64,000 nt of DNA, taken from NCBI GenBank assembly GCA_026023565.1, contig JAPETS010000003.1, positions 248,001 through 312,000 of the forward strand, written 5' to 3'. This document shows, in pieces, positions 26,467 to 38,928 of the stretch. Both the position numbers and the translations under genes were made by a program. The stretch is from Cirrosporium novae-zelandiae (taxonomy: Eukaryota). The notes below the pieces were generated by a model. It was not told the origin of the DNA. It saw only the letters and a list, made by a program, of their open reading frames with translations, and searched no databases. The stretch's first letter is position 1. Each line of letters starts with the position of its first letter.

Positions 26467-27157
26467 TACCTAGGTACCTACCTATCTAGGTTACTTAGTA
26501 ACAATTTAAGTTAAAGAACATCAGCATCTTTTCCTGAAGTTTAATTTCTTTTGTCTCGGGGTTTTGGCGGGGTTTTTAGGAGGGGTTTTATGGTCCGATC
26601 GCTTTTATGTCTACATTTCTACATTTCTATATTTCTTATAGTTGCTGGAGGAAAGGTGGGGTAAGATAAGGTAAGGTAAGGTAAGGCTATTTCTTGTCTA
26701 ATTAGTGCTTGGATAAAGAAAAAAAAACAGAAAAAAAAGAAAGGATTAAATGATTATCATAACTAATTATCCCACTCTCATTCTACACCTAATTAAATAA
26801 AAAAAAAGACAACCAAAGCAAATCCACTCTTCAAAACACCTTTCGCTAATGTAAAATTATCAATCTATCGGGGTATCTAGGTCGGATAAAAAATCGCTAT
26901 TGCTTCGAATTCATGGTGGGTTTGGTTGGTTCTAAAAAGTCCCCTTTTACCCCGGTTAGTTCCATCATAAGTAGTTAATGAAAGTTGGGTGACTTGGGAT
27001 TTGGACTTACCAGAGGGAAGACTCCGAGTCCCGAGGATAGATAGGGTGGGGTACAGCAAATGAGAGATGATTGCTTTGTACAACGGAAAAGACCGAGGGA
27101 GGCTGGCTTTCATTGTGTGTTGATACAGGTCAGGAATCAGGTATCAGTCATTATTGA

Positions 27158-28969
27158 CTACCTCATGTCCTTCTTCCGCACCCATGGACTCCCTCCACCA
27201 CCACCATTTCTGTTGCCACCCTTGCTCTTGTGGGGATTCTTGTCCGGGTACTTTTTCCAGCAGCGGTTTTGAGTATGGCCCTGCTTGCTACAGTAATAGC
27301 ACGTTATCGGTGCCTTCTGTTGTTGTTGGGTGGCGGTGGTGGTGGTGGTGCCGTATGCTGCAGTCTGCTGTGATGTTTGCGACACCAGGGGCGACGGTGT
27401 CTCGGCCGTCGATGGAGCAATATCCCCTGATCTCTGTGACTGCCGCTGCTGCTGCTGCTCCTCTGGACAAGGATTCGTAACCCCCCAGACATTCCAGGTG
27501 GACACTCGTCCATCATCAGGCCCCAAAACATCCTCCACCAACTCATCCAAGGTCTTGAACTCTGTGACACTACTTAAAAACTCTATAGTATTACTATAAT
27601 ACTTGATAAGGAACTCCACATGTACCTCCTCAAACTTGCAGTTTTCGCACTTTGCTGTACCCTCAGCTGACCAATGAGCCACCTGTTTCTTGGCAAATGC
27701 AAACCCGAACGACGTACCACAACAATCCATGATTCGGAATTCATTTGGAGTCTGGATCGAAGGGAGGCGACCGTAGGTTGAAGTATTCTCGAGATTCTTT
27801 TTAACCTCATGAAGGCTGGTATTATCTTCCCTGTAACACCAGGCTTGGTGCTGCTTTCCAGTCTTTTCTCCGTTATAGTTCCTCGGGCGTATTGGCGTTG
27901 GCAGAGCAGGCATGACTGGCCTTGTGGACTGTTCAAATCTGAGGTAAAGGCGTTCAAGAATGGGCAAAATAGGAGCATAGGGATGCATCCTTATAATCTT
28001 GTCCCATGCTTCTTTCTTGCTTGGGTGCAAAATGGTTTCCATAAGGCCTCCATCCACCTCAAGTCGAATCCTCCACAAGCAGGCATTTAAATCTACCCCC
28101 TGTAGACCATCTAACTCGTCGCAGAGGTCATCTGAGTCGGGGTCATAGTGATAGCCATCATCTACGACAGTCGGAAAGACCATGCCGCCAAATTGCAACA
28201 TAAATGTCCGTAACTCATCCAGCGTGAAATGATTGCCCGGGTTTCCCCAATGATTTAACCTTGGTAGAAATTGATAACTCCAGGCCGATCTTTCCTCTAC
28301 CAAACGTGCGAGTTTAGGGTAGATTTTAAACAGGTCACCGCATGTTACTAGGAACCCGAAAGCCATCCTTGCCGGGTTTATTTGACTAACATCTCCGTTA
28401 GGCACTTCGAATCTCACATCGAAAGTAGGCATCCCTTTTACAGCCCAAAAGTTCTGCTCGTAATGATTGAAGACATCTTCATAATTGATGAGACGATTGT
28501 TGAAAATATCAACGTGGAGGATGTTTGGGAGACTTGCGAGGATAAGTCTAACTAGCGGCATATTTAACCGCGGAATACCTTCCAGCTTCAGGTAGCGCAA
28601 GCAACCTGCTTCGCTCGTCAACGTTCGCAGGGCCCTCGCATCTTGAATGGGGTGGTCGGAACAATCCCCGAAGACTGTCAGGAAAGTAGATTTTCCTGTT
28701 GAGTCCCGAGGCTCTAAATCGTCTTCCTCGGGGCGACGGTAATAATAATTGCCAGGGCAGGCTTCGTTCGTCACGCACAGTACCTTTCCTGGGTATTTTT
28801 CGACTAATTCCGACATGTAAATATAACCATTCCAGGCTTCTACCCTTTTGTAGAGGGCACGGGAAAGGTGCGCGAGGATATTTCGCTCGTCAGAGGATAT
28901 CCTCTTCAGGATATCTTCTAAAATCTCGGCTGGAAGCCTTTCCAAATTACTTACGCGACGAGTCGACAT
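27158..28969 (-). CDS. Intronless 603-aa protein with an N-terminal F-box-like motif, LRR-like segments and a C-terminal CCHC zinc knuckle
   Basis: LERLPAEILEDILKRI; LRYLKLEGIPRL and LPNILHVDIFNN; CYYCSKQGHTQNRC followed by a Gly/Lys tail. Confidence 0.7.
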   Translation of the reverse strand: MSTRRVSNLERLPAEILEDILKRISSDERNILAHLSRALYKRVEAWNGYIYMSELVEKYPGKVLCVTNEACPGNYYYRRPEEDDLEPRDSTGKSTFLTVFGDCSDHPIQDARALRTLTSEAGCLRYLKLEGIPRLNMPLVRLILASLPNILHVDIFNNRLINYEDVFNHYEQNFWAVKGMPTFDVRFEVPNGDVSQINPARMAFGFLVTCGDLFKIYPKLARLVEERSAWSYQFLPRLNHWGNPGNHFTLDELRTFMLQFGGMVFPTVVDDGYHYDPDSDDLCDELDGLQGVDLNACLWRIRLEVDGGLMETILHPSKKEAWDKIIRMHPYAPILPILERLYLRFEQSTRPVMPALPTPIRPRNYNGEKTGKQHQAWCYREDNTSLHEVKKNLENTSTYGRLPSIQTPNEFRIMDCCGTSFGFAFAKKQVAHWSAEGTAKCENCKFEEVHVEFLIKYYSNTIEFLSSVTEFKTLDELVEDVLGPDDGRVSTWNVWGVTNPCPEEQQQQRQSQRSGDIAPSTAETPSPLVSQTSQQTAAYGTTTTTATQQQQKAPITCYYCSKQGHTQNRCWKKYPDKNPHKSKGGNRNGGGGGSPWVRKKDMR

Positions 28970-30229
28970 AGTGATGGTAATATTAATGTGAGTGATTATA
29001 ATTAGAAGAGAGGTCTAAGTTGTCTGAGACTTAAGGTGGAGGCGTAGATGGAAAAGGCTTAAAGAGAGACGTATAAATAGAATATAGATTAGGTGAAAGA
29101 AGGAGGAGATCTTGAGTTGAAAAGTGGTGTAGAGAGAAGCCTTGAAGATAAGAATGTTGATGAGATCTAGAGATTCTGGGAGGGGAGAGGTGATATATAT
29201 AGGATGTAAGGGAGCCCAGAAGCAGTAAGTGCAATAAAAGTGATGGGATCGGTGACCTTAGAATTGGGCAGCTGTGATGGATGGGGATCACTGCCTTCCC
29301 AACCGTGAAATATTGTCACAGCGTCGGGTGTAATTGGATGGCTTTCTAGCAAACTCTGGGTTTGTTTCAACATTTTCTTAGTATATCACAGCTCTAATTC
29401 ACATATAGAATCAAGTTTGGTCCAGATTACACTATTGCAAACTTTGCATCAGGGCGTCAGGGCGTCGGACAACACACAAATGAGACATTTGACAGACAGA
29501 AGAAGTCGGGGATTTGCTGTTAAATTAGGTATTCGCAGGACCAAAGCTGGAGAGGACCTACAAACTTTGATAGTTACCTTTTCTCTTATAGAGAGGCGAA
29601 AGTGTCATTCTCCAATCACCGCATCGCCGAGACCACAGATCTAATCTGAAATGACTGTATCGATGGATAAACCACCTACTGTAAATGGACAGCATTTAAA
29701 ACTTCAGTCCAGCCCCGTAAGAAATCATATGAAACTCAAAAGCAATGTTGATATATGTTGTCTTTAAACAGCAGTTGAAGATTACGGGTTATATAAAGAC
29801 ATATGATGCATGATAAGAAAAAACGGCACAATGAGTGCAAGGAGCATAGCTGGTTACAGAAATAAGGGATATTTTTTTTTCTAAGATAAGGGTTGAATAA
29901 CATTCATATCGTATATATATATGTATATTATAGGTATATATATGTGTGTGTACATGTACATATGTTGCAGACAAAGTGGGCGCTTGGCAATGTCCAATAC
30001 TAGCGCCCAGGCTTCCTAGGGCTCCTGGCTCCTGGACCTCTCTGGGGTCAAGCCAAGCCAAGATCTTACCCCAACATAACCTACACGTGCCACCTACTAA
30101 CCCTACTAACCCCGGACTTTTAGCCACATTGTTCCTGCAGAACCCCGAGAACCGATAGACTATCATTTCCCCCCAGCCCGCGTGAGTTCCCAATGGTTTA
30201 ATTATCGACCAGGATGGACACCAACCATG

Positions 30230-30493
30230 GGCCGAGGGTGGTTCGCATATTTGATGGTGCATTATATCTTTCGATAAAAATGAAAATGAAGGCGACCAGA
30301 TCCAGAAAAATGACCTTGGGGAGGCCTTCAAACAAAACCGATTTTTAATGAAATTTCGATTTCAAGGGCTCCCCAAAGTCTTAAAGGGCAAAAATTAGTT
30401 GCGGATAAATCTATATGAAAACTGATTTTGTTTGAAGGCCTCCCCAAGGTCTTTAAGCGACTGCACCTTTAAACATGCGAGCCACCCTCGGGC
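30230..30493. mobile_element. MITE-like element, TIR type C enclosing a type-A interior
   Basis: GGCCGAGGGTGGTTCGCATATTTGATGGTGCA ... TGCACCTTTAAACATGCGAGCCACCCTCGGGC|TA. The interior AAATGAAGGCGACCAGA..GGGGAGGCCTTCAAAC..GTTTGAAGGCCTCCCC parallels the long A copies. Confidence 0.85.
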
Positions 30494-30753
30494 TATGAAG
30501 GAAAATGACCCACTGAAATCATCTGAGCCAGCTAGAGACAACACCCATTCGTATTACATCTTGATCACTACGCGCCAAAACCAACCTCGTGTTACTGGAT
30601 TGATGATGCAATCGTATTATTGTTTCTTATTATTTTGGTCTTCCTAATTAATCTTATAGATATCCTACCTTCTCCACTCTCCTAGTTGAACATCTCCATT
30701 GAACCTCGTTTCGCTTTGGATTCCATAGATATACCTTTCTTTGGTCCTCAAAA

Positions 30754-33059
30754 ATGGTCAAGAGAACAATCACAAGAAGCTTGATGCTTCTACTTTCAAA
30801 TGTACAATTTATTCTTCCGTCCTTCTGTCATCAGGATTCACAAAAACCGTTGAGAGACCCGCCATGTAAGTAATTCTGAGACATCTAGGATTGCTAGCTC
30901 ATTCAGCCAGTGCTGCCGTTTGTTTTCAAGCCACTTCCGCTCGGTTCAATCAAGCCACAGGCATGGCTTGAGGATGAGATGCAATTGATGGCGGATGGGT
31001 TGGCGGGACATATGTACGACTTCTATCATTATGTTAAAAACAACCCATGGCTGGGCGGAAACCAGGAGTATAGTTCTCTGAACGAAGCATTCCCCTATTG
31101 GTATAATGGTCTAGTGCAGCTAGCATACGGATTAGATGATCAACGATTGAAAGATCAGGTTTTCAATTCCACCAGCTACATTATTAGCCATCAAGGCAGT
31201 GATGGCTGGATTGGTCCTGAAACAGATCCTAGGAAGAAAAACTTTTGGGCTAGATATCCCGTTTTCTTAGGACTCACCGCCTTGCTTGAGGCAGATTTTC
31301 CCACGTATAATTTCACGCTTGGCCCTATGCATTCATTTATCGTTTTGATGCACGAAATGCTGGCAAACAACTATACAGGTTACGTTAAGCATGACGGAGA
31401 TGATTTCGACGATCAATGGGGTCGGACACGGATGCAAGATATGATAATCTCGCTGCAATGGCTTTATGAACACCACCCAAGTGGGAATGGGCAACTGATG
31501 TTAGATAATATGAAGTGGCTTAATGAAATGTCCCATGATTGGTCGTCCTGGTTTCAACAAGATGTTTTCCCTTTTGCGGATCTAGACACCTTCAGTGCTG
31601 ATTGGCTGGATTCCTATTTTCCGTGGCTGCATGGCGTCAATGTTGGACAGGGTAATTCTTTTAGGCTATGTCGTACAGCTAAATACTAACTCTACGTTTT
31701 AGGTCTCAAGGCTCCCGCTGTTGTTCGAAGATTTACTTCCGACGACACACTGGTGGAATCTGCGCGAAACGGGGTCAACTGGACACTCGCATATCATGGA
31801 AATGCTGCTGGCGGTATTATTGGTGACGAGAGAGAATCCGGACTTAGTCCAAGAAGAGGGTAGGTTGTCTCTTCACTTTAGATGCCGACTCTCTTAACTG
31901 ACCATTTAGAACTGAATTATGCACCACGGTGGAAACGATGTTTTCCCTTAGTTACTTATACCATGCCATTGGTGACAACGACTTTGCCGATAAATGTGAA
32001 CTTAACGCCTTTAACGCAATGCCAACCATGGTAGCTCCGGATTGGTGGACCCATTCATACATTACATCTCCCAATGAACCATTTGCTCATGTTCAACCAG
32101 ATGCAGGAAAATTGTTCTGGAACGTTGGACGATGGGGCCAGACATTCGGACTAGAACCTAACTATCCTTGCTGTACCGTGAACCATCCTCAGGGGTTCCC
32201 CAAATATCTCTCTGCCTCATTTGTAGCGGTTGGCGACAACGGAATTGGACATGCGCTGCTTGGCCCGGGAAAAGTTTCCATAACTTTGGTCAATGGCAAC
32301 CATATTTCTGTCAGCTGTTCGACACAGTATCCGTTTGAAGAGCTCTTGAGATATGTTATTTATGCGGATCAAGCATTTGATTTCTATGTGAGAGTTCCAG
32401 GATGGGCGAATTGGAACAAGTCCTGGGTGGTTATTGGTGTAGGCGATTATCAACCACTTTCTCCGGACGAGACCACAGGCATGCACAAAATCTCAGTCAG
32501 TGCTGGACAGAATGTTGTCGTTTATAACCTTGGAGCTGACATCTGGACGGAACCGAGAGTCAATGATGCAGTCGCAATCCATAGAGGAGCTTTACTCTAT
32601 GCACTAGACATGGGAGAAACTTTTATCCAACAAGATGCGGTTGATACTGCAGGAAATGCAATACCGAGCGACTCTATTCCTTCACAAATCCACACCTATT
32701 TCATCAACAACACCCTGCCTTGGAACATAGCAATTGATCCTTCGACCCTAGAATTCGATGCATCTCCAGCTTTAAACCAGGCTAATGTTGCGAGTCTTGC
32801 AAGTTCACCGTTTAGCAATGGGCCTGTTGGGATAACGGTTACTGGTTGCAAGATAAACTGGTCGCTAGACTCGGGGCTACCGGCGAATCCTCCAACCAAG
32901 GATCAACGGACATGCCTTGGCGATCCGTTTCAGATGCGACTACTTCCATACGGGTCGATCAAGGTACACATGGCAGAGCTGCCAACAGTAAAGGTGTCAA
33001 ATACAACACAGAGAGGATTGTGGAGACAGGGCAAAGAAGAATGGATGGGAAAGAACTAA
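30754..33059 (+). CDS. Secreted glycoside hydrolase, GH127/GH146-like (beta-L-arabinofuranosidase family); 4 exons
   Basis: Signal peptide, PLPLGSIKPQ.WL, E..PYWYNG, HGVNVGQ, GDE, ELCTTVETM, NYPCCTVN and RVPGW motifs. Confidence 0.85.
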
Positions 33060-33175
33060 TTAGATAGTGTTGTTTTTTGCATCTTTTTTTCCCGGGTGGA
33101 ATTTTGTTGGGGGGATTGGAAATGTACTACCTAAGGAATTAGAAAGATAATTTGTCCATGGGATCAGTGTTACTA

Positions 33176-33207
33176 TCCGTAAGCTCCGTAAGCTCCGTAA
33201 GCTCCGT
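33176..33207. repeat. Tandem 9-mer (TCCGTAAGC) x ~3.5
   Basis: TCCGTAAGCTCCGTAAGCTCCGTAAGCTCCGT read directly from the sequence. Confidence 0.85.
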
Positions 33208-33664
33208 CATCTCTCGGTCAGATGATTTCATATGCAAGTTTCTTCCTCACAAAAAGACGCGGATAGCTCGTATAAGTTATACACAGTATACAAAGTACAG
33301 TAATTGCATAATTCGCAAGAACTAAAGAAAAAGGGGGGGCCTGAAAAAGTTATTAATTCTTTAGTTAAAGGCTGAAATGCCCCTTTGCCTTGTGGATCGG
33401 CTTTTAGATTGCATTTAATTGTTAGCGTTGTTTCCAAAAAGGACCCCCTTCGCTTTGGACTTTCGTGGGTACCGCCGCCGTCGGTCTGGTCTCTGGTCTG
33501 GTCTGTCTGTCTGTCCATAACTCCTCCATAATTAAATTATTACTTTGGCCCTTTGGCCTTTAACTTAACCCAACTCTTTTCTCCTTCGTCCTATCACTCC
33601 AAAAAAATTCTTCCCCAAAGACCATTCTTCCCCAATTTCACCTTAAATTCACTGTACCCAAACA

Positions 33665-35123
33665 ATGACTGTCACAATCGAAGCTCCCCCGACTCGGTCA
33701 GCCATCAATGGCCATGTTGAACCTGAGAAGAAACTCCGACGAAGAAGAGCTTCTAGCGGGTTGGGCGCTGACATCAGAGGTGACACTTCTGCGCCCGCTG
33801 TGTCAACCTCGGGTTGGGATCATCCTATGTCGGTACGTTGCTCTTCATAAATATTATTTCCAACTCATAACTTAGCACTAATTATCTACTGTTATCGTTA
33901 TAGCCCTCGCCGTCTCCCCACAGAAGCTTCAGATCACTTTCCAAACGAAGAAAAGCGAAGAAACTCTTGCGACGATGGAAGGCCTTTTCTTTCAAATACA
34001 CTTGGGTCAATCCTCTTGTTATAGTCATTGCTGTTCTCCTCGCATATGCCTGTAATCCCACGACCGACAATCCACTCCATGCCGCAATCTTCATCTCGTA
34101 CCCCTTGGCCCCCGATCCGGGAGCCGACCCTTCCGCGCCCATACAATATGGCAAAGGAAAGTTAGACATTGCATTTGTGGCATTCTATACAATTGTATTG
34201 TCCTTTACTAGGGAGTTTATGATGCAAGCTTTCATCCGTCCCATGGCAATCCGTGCTGGGTTCCGCAGCCGAAACAAGCAGTCGCGTGTCATGGAGCAGG
34301 TCTACACAGCCATGTATTTTTCAATTTTCGCACCCTATGGACTCTATGTGATGAGCAGATCACCGATTTGGTATTTCAATACGACCGCCATGTTCGAAGG
34401 ATACCCGCATAAAACACATGAAGGCATGTTCAAGACTTATTACCTCTTGCAGGCAAGTTATTGGGCGCAACAAGCCATTGTATTGATGCTTCAATTGGAA
34501 AAGCCCAGAAAGGACTTCAAGGAGTTGGTTGGTCATCATATTGTGACGGTTTCCCTCATTGCATTGAGCTACCGTTTCCACTTCACCTACGTTGGTATAG
34601 CGGTCTACATTACCCATGACGTCAGCGACTTCTTCCTTGCAGTAAGCACCTCTTTCTTTTTTCTGTAAATTTGGTCATTAATTATTTTTAGACATCCAAA
34701 ACTCTCAATTACCTTGATTCCTCCTTGGTTGGTCCATATTTTGCACTTTTCTCCTGTGTCTGGGCTTATGGCCGCCATTATCTCAACCTCCGCATTCTCT
34801 GGGCCATTCTGACCGAATTCCGCACCGTTGGTCCCTATGAGCTCAACTGGGAAGCTGGACAATATAAATGCTTGCTTTCGCAAGTCATTACCTTTACTTT
34901 GCTTGCATGCCTTCAAGCCGTCAACCTTTTCTGGTTCTACTTGATTCTTAGAATCGCTAAGAATTATGTATTTGATAACCACCTCGAAGACAATAGGAGT
35001 GATGATGAGGAAGAGGAAGAGACTGATACACGAAAGGTGAACGGCCATAGAATTCATGCCAATGGCTATACGATTGAGGCCAATGGTGACTTGAAGAAAC
35101 GGCTAAGCACCACAACGGAGTAA
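33665..35123 (+). CDS. lac1: Ceramide synthase (Lag1/Lac1, TLC domain); 3 exons
   Basis: YGKG..D.AFV.FY, EQ.Y, EKPRKDFKELVGHHIVT, THDVSDFFLA.SK.LNY and an acidic D.RSDDEEE tail. Confidence 0.93.
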
Positions 35124-36281
35124 ATATGGACCCATGCACTCGCTTTTCTCAGGGTCTACAACAATAATTCGCGAGCGCGGATAATTGCCGCAGTCCGTTG
35201 CTCTACACCGTAGGTACACCTTCAACCAGGTTTTAGGTTCCCGACCATATACATTCGCTTCTTGAGGTGTGTTACCACCATCGTTGAACCTCTATCGACA
35301 ACAGGAAAATCGAGCCTGGCCCGACTCCTGGTTTTATTTGAGCCATGATTCGTGGATCTACACTCGCTTAATAGTTTTGATCGGTTCTCTACCAGGCAAT
35401 ATACGGAAGGGTCTAACCATTCCAAGCCTCATTAAAGTCCCAATTGATTCGGAATTCTGATTCATCTTTTGGATCCGGATAAACCAAGTTGGGTCTATGA
35501 GAATAAGAACTTTATAATATTGTGAAGCGGATAGGATTTCGCATTCACATTGCATATAATTGTGGAAGATTTTGGAGAAGGGGGTACTAAGTAACAAAAG
35601 GATGGGTCATCTGGGAGGTGGAGGCTTTTTTTTGCGGGACTATTGTTCCGTTTTGTTTAATCATGGATGGAGTGGACGTATTAAGATGAAATGGGTGATG
35701 AGATTTGTATAGGAAGGAGAACGAGGAAAGGCTGACTTCCATAAGTTGGGATTTCCTATCTTCTTGTCTTGTAAGAAGTGAGCTGAGTTGACTGGATGAA
35801 ACGTCATCATTCATCATCACGCGCTCTTTCTAGAGCAGGGCAGGATATGGATAGTGGCTATGATAATTATTAATGTTAATGAATCAATTGAATGTTTTAA
35901 AAATTAAAAATTACGTTTATATTCTTTCTCATTCTAGCTCGTAGTAAAAACAAAAAAGTGACGCTTAGGAAACATCCTCGCTTGGCATTACCCCGAATCA
36001 CCATAGATGACGGAATTTACCCATCGAGGCCTCGTGAAAGCAGGCAAAAGAGGAAATAGAAATGTTGGGATTCTCGAGCAGGGAAACTAGATACACTGTC
36101 ATGAAGTCACAAGCAAATATCGCTTGCGGGCAGGAGAAGCACCGTAGGGCCAAGGCAGGCGAGACTAAATCCCCCCCCCTCCCCCCTCTCTATCTCTATC
36201 TCTATCCTGTAGAATTTCCAATCCATCAATCAACATGGCAGACAAAATAACCCTATCCATCCCTCTTCCTTCCCCTCCCTT

Positions 36282-36591
36282 TTAGAAAACCCCCGGCATA
36301 AAATCCACAACCTGAGCTTTCGCCAGAACCCGCCCCGCCACCTGCTTGAACTCCTGATGCGCCGGATCCCTATCGAGGTAATAATCCCGGTCTTCCTCGT
36401 TATCAAACTCGACTACGAAGCCGTGCGTAATACCACTCTGTTTGTTACACACACCCCCCCGAGCCCCGAGGGGATAAGGGAGGTTTGATGGTTAGCAAGC
36501 AAACAAGCAAACAACTAAAACTCACATGGTCACTCCCGTGATTCTTTCAATCGATATCGAATCATAGCTAGAGAACGAGAGAGAGAGAGAG

Positions 36592-36622
<31 letters not shown>

Positions 36623-37005
36623 TAGGTTTGGGATGTATAGGTTGTAAGTGAATAGTAGAGTAGGTACATGTAGGACAAAACAAACCTGCAAGCCCTCGGG
36701 ACTATTATCTCGTCCTCCCGTTCCGGATCGGATGTAGGGTTTTTTGGTTGTGGGGTGCAGGCATTGGGATTTTAGTGAGATCATGCGGTTGCAGATCTAT
36801 GGTGTACCGTGTGACAAAAAACGGTACAAGTAATAAGTAAGTGAGTTACTTTTTTTTTTTTTTTTTTTTTGCTTTTGGAGGGGGGGGGATTCTGTGATGG
36901 ATGGAATGGATGGAATGGAGGGGAGGGGGGTATATGTACTTCTTGAACTGCTTCTGGGCTGGCATCAGCCTTGAATTCGAAGAGAACGATATGGGTGATG
37001 GGCAT
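36282..37005 (-). CDS. Stress-responsive A/B barrel (Dabb) protein; 3 exons
   Basis: MPITHIVLFEFK / MISLKSQCLHPTTKKPYIRS..GGRDNSPEGLQ / GITHGFVVEFDNEEDRDYYLDRDPAHQEFK...VVDFMPGVF*. Confidence 0.9.
36576..36621. repeat. Compound (GA)n(GT)n microsatellite in a Dabb intron
   Basis: Read directly from the sequence. Confidence 0.9.
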
Positions 37006-37010
37006 TTTTG

Positions 37011-37043
<33 letters not shown>

Positions 37044-37612
37044 TAATTTGGATTGTGGGTTGGTTTGGTTTGGTTTGGGGGATTGGATTGATTAATTGAT
37101 AGCAGATCTGAGTACCTAGCTAGGAACGTAGTGAATGGAATTAATAATATGCCTACCTAGGTATTTACTAAGCAGAAGAAAAGAAAGTCGCGAAACAATA
37201 ATTACTATCCATCCATCCATCCATCCATACTCTCTAACCATGTTAAGAGGTCCGTCCCATTTACTAATTATCTCTTTTTTCAACATAGATATAAGCACCA
37301 AAAAGCTCACTCACTCACACCTTTCAAATCCCATTTGTTAGAAATTCCACATGTTTAAAGAATTTTAGTTTTATTTTATTTATTTACTAGACTATATTAT
37401 GAAATTATATAAAGATAGACTCTAGTTTATGTGAAGATAGTTGATTACTACTATGCATTTTTTGGTACTGTAGTTGAAATAACAAACGTTTTGATTGATA
37501 TATCTATAGTACTCTAGCGTTGCGCCATTTTCCTTTTTACCCGGCTGCCCCTGGAGCTATATATCTAATACGTAGACCAAGTTAATTGTGGTTTCTCCAA
37601 AGATTATCGCCA

Positions 37613-37921
37613 GTCCGAGGGGGGTGGTTCGCATGTTTGGAGGCCTCCCCAGGATCTTTTTTGGGGGGTAGGCAGGTAAGCTGGCTCAGGGAAAGGAATT
37701 TATGAGTCCTCTTGATTTTGGGACCCGCGTGCGTGTTTAAATAGTTGCTACAATGTTCTACATTGATCTTGGTCCCTGAAAATAATACTTTCCGCTCCTG
37801 ATAAAGCAGCCAATCATGACCATCTAAAGGAGGTGGGCACGTTTGATGGTACTGTACATGTACATTACACAGACGCAGCATTAAGCAACCGTACCTTTAA
37901 ACACGCGACCCCTCCTTGATC
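37613..37921. mobile_element. Chimeric MITE-like locus: C-type left end, core, B-type right end (37732), then a degenerate C-type right end (about 37880-37921)
   Basis: GTCCGAGGGGGGTGGTTCGCATGTTTGGAGGCCTCCCC ... ATGAGTCCTCTTGATTTTGGGACCCGCGTGC, then TTAAGCAACCGTACCTTTAAACACGCGACCCCTCC. Confidence 0.75.
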
Positions 37922-37949
37922 TCTCTCCTCTCTCCTCTTTAAACCATGA

Positions 37950-38928
37950 ATCTCGCATCTAGGGTATACCATTATCGCAACTCCTTCACTCACAGCAGCC
38001 CCCCTAGCCCCGCCATATTTTCCTTCTTCCTCGGCCTCACCTCCCAGAAATAAGGAATGCTCTTCCCACTCAATATGAAGACGATTTATGGTCGCAACCT
38101 GGTTCCTGGAGCGCGCAGCGGTTCGCTATTTGTAGAGATTTTCAGGTTTTGGGGTGGCTTTGTTGTGTGGGATTTGGAAGGATGATTGGGAGGAAATAAA
38201 GGAATGACGGCGTATGCGCTGGGGGGTGTACTGCTCGTAGATCTTGTTTGGGAGTTTATTCTTGTTGGTTGGAGTTTTGCCATGGGTTGTAATATCTACC
38301 TGGTGACATTTGGATGGAGTTTTGTTTGCTAGAAATCTTGATCGACTTGCGGTCTCATGGGATTCATTTTTGGGGGGGCATTTGCTTTTGTAGACTTGTT
38401 AGCTTGACTGACTGACTTACCTGCGCTTTTCTTCTTCTAGTCTGGATTGACCAGGATGATCGCCTGGAACTCGGAGCATGTTGGACTATCACACTGTCGA
38501 TACCTTTACGTAGTTTTGGCATATAGTATCTCATCTTTGACCAGTGAGCAGACAACCTGTACTACCTCTGTTCTCATCCATGTTATCTCCAAAACCTTCA
38601 CCGTCATCAGAGTCCTCGACTTTCTTTACAACCTTGTCGTTGGTTTTTTCCAAAGATCAGTCCGTCATTATCCTCGTGAAAGTGGGCACGAGATTTAGAT
38701 TTAGAGTAGAGAGTGTGGAGAGCGATTGGATTTTCGAAGGGTTTTTGGTTTATGATTTAGTGGCGTTGGTAGTTGGGCAAGTTGGTATTGGAGGGAAAGG
38801 GTGGGGCATATTGGCAGAGGCGTGTGTGGTGGGGGTGTACGGGTGGTTGTGGGGTTGTGAATTGGTTGAAGTAGGTCATGATCATCTGCATGGATGAATT
38901 GCTTGGTAGGTGAACTGAAGACGGCCAT
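37950..38928 (-). pseudogene. Possible degraded protein-coding gene of unknown family
   Basis: Chain of short minus-strand ORFs with a GTAAGT..CAG intron-like segment near 38395-38420 and many stops. No recognisable domain. Confidence 0.25.

Noticed and set aside
29789..30647. ORFs beginning MKASPRS, or containing MKATRP, at several loci
   Set aside because: These are translations of the MITE core and TIR, not genes.
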